DNA of 64,000 nucleotides from a virus (Duplodnaviria; Caudoviricetes): IMG/VR virus record IMGVR_UViG_2751185828_000002; one strand, 5' to 3'. Shown piece by piece: positions 55,387 to 64,000 of this stretch (position 1 is its first letter; each line of letters starts with the position of its first letter). The notes under the pieces were generated by a model. It saw only the letters and a program-made list of their open reading frames with translations, ran no database searches and was not told where the DNA came from. The position numbers and the translations under genes were made by a program.

Positions 55387-58300
55387 GACACCTCGTAAAG
55401 CGTCCACTTGATCTGATGGGCGGACAGCGACGTGATGCCCTGCGCCCACAGTTCGAAGATGATGCGCAGGTTCTGGGGATCGCTCCACCGGGTCAGGGGC
55501 GCGACATGGGCGACCCAGCCCCAGAGCTCAGCCCCCGTTGCGGACTGTGCAGTGGCTGTCGCGCCGACCATTCCTGCGACGGCGAGATAGGTCCGCTTCG
55601 CACCCGCCCAGGCGGAGATGCCGACGCTGGTCTCCGTATAGACATAGCGGATGGGACCGGAGGTAAGCTGCTTGCCGTCGAGAAGCGTCGCTGTCGTCGC
55701 GCTGACATTGAACGTGCCGGTCTGAACCGCCAGTTGCCGCCTGATCTTGACCGAGTTGAACTCGGCCGAGCCGGCCTTGTTGATCTGCCAGCCGACGCCA
55801 TCCTCGCCCGTGACGAAATTGCTCGACTGGATGATGTTGCCAATCTTGGCGTTCGTGATGATCCCGTCGCCGATCTGGGCGCTGTCGGTCAAGACAGCAG
55901 CGGTCTTGACCAACTGGGTTGCGGTCACAGTCCCGGTCTTGATCGAGGCGCCGTCGACGATGGTGCGGCCATAGTCAGCGTCCAGCTTGGTGCCGCCCTC
56001 ATAGGTGGCGATGCAGACGTTATCCGTCGCCATCGCGATCGAAAGGGTGCTTGTTGTCGTGAAGGCGTTCGAACCCTTGGCCCAGTAGATATACATCACA
56101 CCGGATGACCAGGTGGCGTTGCCGGCCGGGATTGACCGGCTGACGGTGGCGCCGGTGTCGTCGATGTAGCGAATATAGCCAGCCGTCCAGGACACCTTGT
56201 TCGTGGACGGGCTGTTATGCTCGAACTGGATGCCGGTCAGTGTGATGTTGCGTGAGCCGATCTCGAGGGCATTGGCCTTGACCGTGTTGGCGCTGATGTT
56301 GCCGCCGTCAATCCGCGTTTCGTCGCCGCCCTTGCGCCAGTCGGACAGGGTTGTGGTGCCGGAAATCCTGATCTTGCCGGGGTCGATCTGGGTATTGGCC
56401 GCATTGATCCGCGCTGCGGGGTCTTCAGCCTGGTTCTTGATGGTGGCAAGGGGCTGGCCGTTGACGGTCAATGATCCGGTCAGCGCCGTGCCCGCCTTGA
56501 GCGTGGCTGCGCTGAGTTCGACGACATGGGCGTCGGTGATGAAAGCCTCCCTGATCGTCGCGATCGTCGCCAGGAGGTTCGGGGTATCAACGGCACGGGC
56601 CTTGATCGTGTCGGTGATGATCGAGTTGCCGTCGATGTAGGTAAAGCTGCCCGGCGCATAGGGCGTGGGCTCGCTGCGGCTCTCGGCCGAGCCTGTCTGC
56701 ATCGGCTTGTGGACGAACAGATAGCTGTCGGTTTCACTTTCGGTCGGCAGCTTGCGCAGGTTCAGAACTGCATAGGCTGTGCCCGCAGGTGCCTGACCTT
56801 TAACCCAGATACGCGGCCAAAGATCGGGTTGGTGGAAGACCCGCTGGCCGGCGGCTGCTCCGTCATTCCGGTATAGCCGAGCGTCGTGCCGTCTTCAGCC
56901 CGCCATTCGATCCGCAATTGCGCCTTGCATCGGTGCGTTGACAGTTGGACCGAAACCTCAAGCCATTCGCCAGGCGAGGTTGGCCAGCCTTGGCTTCCCT
57001 GTCCGGTATTGGCTGAGATACCCAGATAGCGGAGATCGGCATAGCCGCTGGACGCGCTGCCATTCTGACGGATGACGAGGGTCGGATAGGTCGGCCCGGC
57101 ATAGGCCGATCCTGCAGAGCGGATAGCCAGCGGTTCGATCTCGGCGCCGGCCCCACCGTTGCCGGTGAGCGCCCATCCGGCCGTGCTCGATGCGAAACTG
57201 CTGTTCTGAATGAAGTTTCCGCCGAACCCGACGGCAAGTTTCTGCGTGGTCACGGCACCCGCGTCGATGTGCCCGGCCCTTACAGCGTTCGCGCTGATCT
57301 TATCGGCGGTGATCGACCCATCGACGATCAGCTCGCCGCCGTTCTTGCGACGCAGGATCGGTTTCGTGGCAACGACGTTCGGAACGGCATTGGCACCCGC
57401 ATAAAGACGCAGCCGAACATAGGCCGTGCCTGCCGGGGCCTCCGCCATCAGAAGTTGCGACACCTGCGGGCTGGTGCCAGAGGTGATGGAAGGGCCGCGG
57501 ATTTCAGCGATCGCCGTCTTTGTGGCGTTGGAGAATTCGATGCTCACGCGCGCGTTGAACGCGCCTTCTGTCTCTCCCCGGAACACGGCCTCGGCGTAGA
57601 ACTGATCGCCAGCTCGTGCCGGAACATAGGTGGCTCCGGCGGCAAGCGAACCCGTGCTCGGCAGGAACCTGATGTTGCCAGGCGATACGGCGGCGGGATT
57701 TCCGGCGTTCACCTCGATCTTGGATGTGTTTGTCCGATGCCAGGCGTTCGCGTCATAGATCTGATCGTCCGCAACCAGGTTGGTCCAGTCGGCGACGGTC
57801 ATCTTCGACGCGACGACCGCCCCCGCCGCCAGTTCGCGGGTATTGATCGCACCAGCCGCGATCTTTCCAGCAACCACCGCATCCGTGTCGATCTTGCTGG
57901 CCGTGATCGACCCATCGACGATCAGCTCGCCCTTGTTCTTGATGCGAACAGTAGGCGAGCCGAAAATGATGTTGCCATCCGTATCCGCCGCATAGACATA
58001 GAAACGGAAGCGGGCCTGGTAGGCGCCCGCCGGAACGGTCAGCTCCCCGGTGAAATCATTGGCTGTGTTGGATGTTCCGTTGACGGACGCGAAGGTCACG
58101 TTTCCACCGGACAGCGCCGCGTCGTTCTTGTCGTAATAAACGATCTGGGAGAGGCAACGCATCTTCGTGCCGCCAGAACGGATCATCTGCGAGGACAGAT
58201 AGAGGACATCGCCGGGGGTGACAGGGAAGAACCCGACCGTGCGGCACGAGCTGTCAGCTCCTGTGGGGTTGTCGGCGGTGCGATAGAGCCAGCTTCCGAC

Positions 58301-61300
58301 TGAGCGGATGCTGCTACTGCCCGTCACCTTCTGATGAATCCAGGCGCCATTGGTGGAGATCCATGCGCTCGCATCCTGGATCTGATCGTCGGGAACGAGA
58401 TTGGTGAAGTCAGCAATTGCAAGCTTGGAAGCGACGATTGCGCCAGCCGCCAGTTCGCGGGCATTGATCGCGCCAGCGGCGATCTTTCCGGCCGTTACGG
58501 CATCGGCAGCGATCGTTCCCGCCGTCACGGCATCAGCGGCGAGCTTTCCTGCTGTCACGGCGCCAGCCGCGATCTTGTCGGCCTGGACCGCGCCTGCGGC
58601 GATCTTGGCGGCACTGACGGCGCCGGCATCCAGCTTGGCGGTGGTGATGGCGAGAGAGGCGATTTCATCCGCAGTGACAGCGCCAGCCGCGATCTTGCCC
58701 GTCACCACCGATCCGGCTGCCAGCTTTGGCGTCGTGACGGCGTCGTCGCTGATCTGTGTGCCGACGATCTGCCCCGTGATCTTGGCGGCTGCAATGTCGG
58801 CAAGCTGGCTGTCGGACAGCTTGCCGGTGATCTTGGACGCTTCCAGAGCCTCGACCTGTGCAGCTTTCACCAGCCCCGCGATGTCAAACGATGCAACTTC
58901 GGCCGTGTATTTGCTGCCGTCCCAGCGATAGAGTTTGCCGTTCCAGAGTAGCGAGGCTGTCTGCCTGGTCGTCGGCAGCGCCGCGCCCGTATGGATGGTG
59001 ACAGGTTCGATTCCCGTGGCAAACTGGGCCGCAGCGATCTTGCCGGACAGGTCGGCAGCATCGACCAGCGGAACATAAGCCGTGCCGTTCCATTTGTAGA
59101 CACGGCCTTGCCAGAAGATCTGGGTCGTCAGCCTGGATGCCGGCAGCGTCGCGCCTGCATGAACGGTGACAGGCTCGATTCCGGCCGCGAACTGCGTGGC
59201 CTGGATGGCCCCGGTCAGGTTGGAGGCGCTGACCAGATCGACATAGGCCGTGCCGTTCCACACATAGAGCCGACCATTCCAAGAGATCGTGTCGGCCTGC
59301 CTGGTCGTCGGCAGAGCCGTGCCAGTCCACACCTGGATCGGCTGAACCCCATTGCCGAAGCTCGTGGCATCGACAAGCCCCTTGAGCTTTTCGGTCGTGA
59401 TCGTCGGGTCGGGCGCGGCGACCGCAGCCTTCGACACACTCGCAGTCCAGCCCGAGATATTGCCTGAGGTGTCCACGGCCCGGATGCGAACATAGCGCAG
59501 CTCGCTGTCGGGGACTTCGGTGATGACCGCGCTGGCCGCCGGGGTGCGGCTCGTGACGGTGCTTGGGTTGTTGGTCTTGCCGACCGCGACCTCGTAGTGG
59601 CTGAAGTCGGCCTCGGTGTTGCGGTTCCACTCGATCCAGATGGTGTTGAACCCGGCAGTGGCCCTGAGGCCGGTCGGGATGGCAGGCGGCACCGTGTCGC
59701 GCGCGACCGTGTGGGTTGCCACGGGCGACCAGTTCGAGCGGTTGCCGACCCGGTCCACACGACGGCGGCGAACCGCATAGGACGTGCCGGGGGTGACGCC
59801 CTGCCAGGTATAGCGGGCGCCAGAAGTCTGGGCGTACAGCGGATTGCCGCCCGCCTCGGTGATCTCGAGGTCGGAATACACCGCCTCGGCATCATCCGCC
59901 GCCCAGCTTGCCGTCAGCGTGCTGGGGGTGGAACTCAGCGTTACCAAAGGCGGCGTATCGGGCGCAGTGGTGTCAATGTCGGACGAAGGAACCACAATGG
60001 CGGGCGTCGAGAATGCCGTCCAGTCGGTCCAGCTGACCGCGCTTCCATCTGCGGCCACGAACGAGATGCGCGCCTCATAGGCGGTCAGCGGCGTGAAACC
60101 GGGGGAAATGATTGTCTCGCCTTCTTCGGGACTGCCCATCATGCCGCGAGCGGCGTCGGTCTGCCCGGCCAGGCGTGTTTCCCACCGAACCGCGGTGATG
60201 CCGTCCAACGCCCAGCCTCCCCAGCGCAGGCGTGCCGCGACCCCGCGAGGGCTGCCCCTGACCTTCAGCGCGATCCCCTCGGCCGTGAAGAACTGCGGCA
60301 CCGCCGGGGACGGCGTCGGTCGCGTCACCGGCGCGATCGTCGAAGGCAGCTTGAAATCCGGCTGCCAATCATAGTCGGCAGGATCGACCTCGGTGACCGA
60401 GATGGTGACGTTGAGCGTCAGGGGGTCCTCGGAAATCTCGAACACTTCGAACAGCTTGGTGTCGTAGCCGTTCTCGGTGCTGGACCAGGCGATAACGTCC
60501 AGCGGCTCGAGCGCCTCGGCGTCGGGCGGCAGGGTGAACTCGTGGCGGCGGAAATGCCGCTCTTCCTCAATCATCGCGCGCATGATGCGCTGGACCTGAT
60601 CACCCCAGGGACAGGCCGGCATCGTCAGTTCGGCGACAAGGCGGCGCCCCTGGTCGGCTGTCTCCCAGCCAGCATTGTATCGGGGAGGCGCGTCCTTCGA
60701 GCGCCATAGCTGGGCCGGCTCGGGATAGGTGGCATGGACCGCGTTATAGGTTGCCTCCAGCCCCGGGAACGGGGTGGCAGTGGCGTCGGCGTCCAGGATC
60801 AGATCGTCATCGGTCAGGAAGTAGACCGGCGCAGCGGGAGGGCCGACCCGCACGCGCCAGACCCCGCCGACCTCGGCCACTTTGGCGCAGCAGACCTTGA
60901 GCACCTCATCCAGCACCGACGCGGGCTCTTCGTCGATCGATACCTCCCACGCCGCCTGCCATCGCGGCTTGCCGTCCACCAGCTGGTCCGCGGCGGTCAT
61001 CGCCGGCGCCCATACCGAATAGGGAAGCGCCTCGGCCGCCACTCCGTAACCCCAGAGCGGGCCACCCTCGATCGGGATGCCGCGCAGGATATTGTAGGCC
61101 AGGACGATGCCGTTGGTGGTTGTCGCCCAGGTCGCCGGGTTGTCCCAGCGCTGCGTGCCGGAGCCGCCCGCTGTGCTGTCCTTGCGCGGATCGTAGAGCG
61201 GCGTGCCCCGCATGACGAACCGGCACCGCGGCAGGCCGCTGAAGCTTCTGGTGCTGTAGCGGAAGGTCAGGATCGCATAGCAGGTGCCGACCCCGACCAT

Positions 61301-61939
61301 GTCCGCCGTCCAGGGGCGCTCAGACTTCTCGGCCCATTTGGTGCCCGGACCATAGACCTGCAGCAGATAGGGATCGGCCGCGGCCTGGGTGCCGTCGCAA
61401 TAGCGCAGCCAGACCTTGTCCTTGTATTTCTCGGTCCTGATTGGCCGACCCGGCGTGATCAGCGGACGCAGTGCCGACCCGGCGTTGGGCGCGGCGGGGT
61501 CGATGCCCTGCTGGACATACCACCAGTCGGGCTTGCCCGCAGGCACGGCGCCGCCCTGCGGGATTGTCTCGTCCACAGTCTCGAACTCGACCTCGGTGTC
61601 GTCGATGATTACCTTGTCGATCTGCTGGCGCGGCACGTTCCCAAGGTCGATGACATAGGTCAGATAGGCGTTCGACCAGTCGTCGAACCTGCCATGCGAC
61701 ATCGGCGGGCAAACCATATGGCCATCGGTCGCATACCAGCCCAGCACGAAGGTCATCGGCTTGTCGCCGCCGTCGGTGGTGTATTCTGTCTTGATGCCCT
61801 GCTGGACGGGCTTTGCCATCTTCTTCTGGATGGCGGTGCTGATCGCGCTGACCGCGACACTCAGCAGTAGACGGCCGATCAGGGCACTGCCGCCTGCGGT
61901 GGCCCAGGCAGTGGTGACGACGGCGGCGACGGCAGGCAT
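55383..61939 (-). pseudogene. Giant tail-tip/host-specificity protein (~2185 aa if repaired) with -1 frameshift at ~56825
   Basis: Adding one G gives NPDLWPRIWVKGQAPAGTAYA in frame with ORF 55383..56702; FN3-like, repeat and CBM-like modules. Confidence 0.85.
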
Positions 61940-62349
61940 CAGCGCACCCCCAGGATGGTGCCGGCGCGGTCGATCGACACAAGGCCGAGACCGCGGCCGC
62001 TTGCCGGCAGGACATAGACCAGCTCGCCCTGGACGATGCCCAGGGCGCGATCGTCATCGGTTTGGACGATGGCCAGATCAGCGGGCATGGCCTGACCGCG
62101 GGGCACGGGGGGATGCGACTGGACGGCGGCGTCGATGTGATCCACGAACCCGGCCGCGCGCATCAGCCGCAGCCCTTCGGCGCGTGTCCCATAGCGGCCG
62201 CGCCACTTCGCCGCCGGATCGTGGCCCGTCACCGCCTCGACCCCGCCGGCCGCAAACAGCGCACAGTCGTGGCGCCCCCAGGCAAACTGCTCGCGCGAGG
62301 CGCGGGCCAGATAAGAAGACAGGCGGGCCTCCCAGTTGTAGAGCCTCAT
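61939..62349 (-). CDS. NlpC/P60-like (DUF6950-like) tail protein
   Basis: FAWGRHDCALFAA...GDPAAKWRGRY-like segment. Confidence 0.75.
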   Translation of the reverse strand: MRLYNWEARLSSYLARASREQFAWGRHDCALFAAGGVEAVTGHDPAAKWRGRYGTRAEGLRLMRAAGFVDHIDAAVQSHPPVPRGQAMPADLAIVQTDDDRALGIVQGELVYVLPASGRGLGLVSIDRAGTILGVR

Positions 62350-62957
62350 TTCGAGCCCACTTGACCGGCACCGCGCCCGAGATGTCCGTGTACTGGAAGA
62401 ACCTGTCAGGACCGCCTCCCGGCAGCTTGCGCAGACGCCCCGAGCCGTCCGATTTTTTCAGCGACAGCTTGCGCGTTCCGGCCCGCGCCGAGGACACGAT
62501 CGACAACTCGCACGATCCTTCGCCGCCATCGCCCGCCGTCCTGATCTCGATCTTGTTGACCCAGCCGCGCAGCCGCAGCACAGGGCTGCCGACCGCCTGC
62601 ATCGTGACCGGGTTGATCACGAGGCGATGGATTTCGACAGGTGCCTGGCGCACGTCATAGCCCCGGATTTCCATTTCGACCTCGGGCGCAAGCGGCGACA
62701 GGCGCGCCTTGGTGGTGCGCACGTCGGTGCCGACGCCGGCCCGGATGGGGATCGACGGCGATCAGGCTGCCGGCCCCGTAATAGGCGCGGGTCTGGCCGT
62801 CGACCACGACGTCCTGGTGATCATCGCCTGTCCACAAGCCGAGCGTCTGGACGGCATTCGTGGACCGATTGCGGCCGCTGATCCAGACCAGCAGGTGCGG
62901 CATGATCGGCTGGCGGGCGGCCAGATGGTTGGTGAGGGCGGCGGGACGTGCTTGCAC
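62346..62957 (-). pseudogene. Tail hub-type protein with two homopolymer frameshifts (62747-62750 and 62356-62358)
   Basis: Repair gives ...SLIAVDPIRAGVGTDVRTTK... and ...VPVKWGSK* with ATGA overlap into the next gene. Confidence 0.75.
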
Positions 62958-62961
62958 CGGA

Positions 62962-63624
62962 TCACCTCAATGTCTGCTGGATGCTGAACGACACGCCCTC
63001 GACCAGCCCACCGCTGCGGAGCGAGCCCGCCTGATAGCTACCGGGCTCGATTTCCATCTTGCAGGCGGGCTGGATCAGCGAGACCGCCGCGTCCACGACC
63101 GCGCCCGGTCTGATTGGCGGCACCACCTCGATGTTCGGGGTAATGCCCGAGGCATTCGCCTTGACACTGGCATTGACGATCTGGTGCAGCGCATAGCGGA
63201 TCGGTGACGTGCCATAGGAAAACGCCAGCAGATCGCCCCGCTGCAGCATATAGCCGCTCGGCAGGCCCTTGAGCGCCAGTTCGCGACTGTTCGACGAAAG
63301 GGCCGAGATGCTGGGCGCCGCGCTGCCGAGTGCCGTTCCCGCTGGATCGTTGCGAGGCGCTTGCCGCATGGGATCGGAGGCCATGAACGATCCAGCGCCG
63401 CCCCGCAGCAGGTTGATGAGCGGCAGCACGGCCGCGGCTTCGGCAGGGATCATCGGTCCCAGCCGCACCTCGGCCGCCCACAACCGCGCGGCGCGCTCGG
63501 CCCGCAGTGTCTGACCGCCCCGCGTCCGCGAGGAGGTCACGGCCTCACGCGGATCGAAGATGCAACTGGAAATCGGCAACAGTCCCCAGAACTGCGCATG
63601 GGTCAGCGGAAACGACAGGGCCAT
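62962..63624 (-). CDS. Distal-tail-like protein
   Basis: 220 aa; MALSFPL start with TGATG overlap; position before the hub gene. Confidence 0.7.
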   Translation of the reverse strand: MALSFPLTHAQFWGLLPISSCIFDPREAVTSSRTRGGQTLRAERAARLWAAEVRLGPMIPAEAAAVLPLINLLRGGAGSFMASDPMRQAPRNDPAGTALGSAAPSISALSSNSRELALKGLPSGYMLQRGDLLAFSYGTSPIRYALHQIVNASVKANASGITPNIEVVPPIRPGAVVDAAVSLIQPACKMEIEPGSYQAGSLRSGGLVEGVSFSIQQTLR

Positions 63625-63983
63625 CAGAGCTGCCTCGGGTCGGATTGAAGCGCACGCAGCCGCTGCGGCAGCCTGTCATCGTATTCCCGGATCGCTTGGG
63701 CCAGGGCATCCTTGTAATCGGCAACGACATAGTCGGGCGGGTCCCAGCGGTGCAGCTGATAGCGGGCGATCGCGGTTGCCCAGGTCCGCACCAGGTCGGG
63801 CACCTGCGGGAACGGCAGCTGGTATCGCCCGGCCAGATAGCCATCGACGATGTTGTCGGCATGAACCAGGGCAGCCCCGATGACCTCGGGATCGGGGATC
63901 AGATCGCCGTCGCGATCGGCAACCTGGACGATCTCGTCCATGCCGGCGCGTTCGACCAGATCCTCGAGGCTCGCATAGGTCAT
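63624..63983 (-). pseudogene. Mu gp36 (DUF1320)-like protein truncated and fused to a probable tape-measure C-terminus
   Basis: MTYASLEDL...VDGYLAGRYQLP...IARYQLH...YKDAL then AIREYDDRLPQRLRALQSDPRQL. Confidence 0.7.
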
Positions 63984-64000
63984 GGGTCAGTCGTCCAATG

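Larger units (their letters stand above)
52384..64000 (-). mobile_element. Distal part of a decayed Mu-like (transposable) siphoprophage; left boundary approximate
   Basis: gp36/DUF1320-like gene and a tail cluster, all on the minus strand; frameshifts and an apparent deletion. Confidence 0.7.

Overview
GC-rich (about 65-70%) alphaproteobacterial, Rhodobacteraceae-like DNA made almost entirely of mobile elements. (1) 1-~41100: a nearly complete temperate siphoprophage. It has a large serine recombinase module, an S24 repressor, a replication/recombination block, two DNA methyltransferases, a lambda GpA-type terminase, portal and protease-capsid fusion, a GTA-like tail module and a lysis cassette. 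It carries three frameshifts and one nonsense codon, plus two AT-rich cargo genes: a PD-(D/E)XK nuclease and a stand-alone caspase/CHAT-like protease. (2) 41181-50814: a seven-gene candidate defence cluster (vsr, C5 methyltransferase, XRE-HTH/Z1 fusion, PD-(D/E)XK, GHKL/MORC ATPase, two unknowns) with perfect palindromes over a TTGACA box; this is the best candidate for an undescribed system. It is followed by an unknown gene and a 16-bp sequence resembling a tRNA-Ser 3' end (candidate att, 52248-52263). (3) ~52400-64000, minus strand: the tail end of a second, decayed Mu-like prophage, with a frameshifted ~2185-aa tail protein and an apparent deletion fusing gp36 to a tape-measure C-terminus. 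Family and DUF names come from recalled motifs, not database searches. No CRISPR array, rRNA or complete tRNA was seen.
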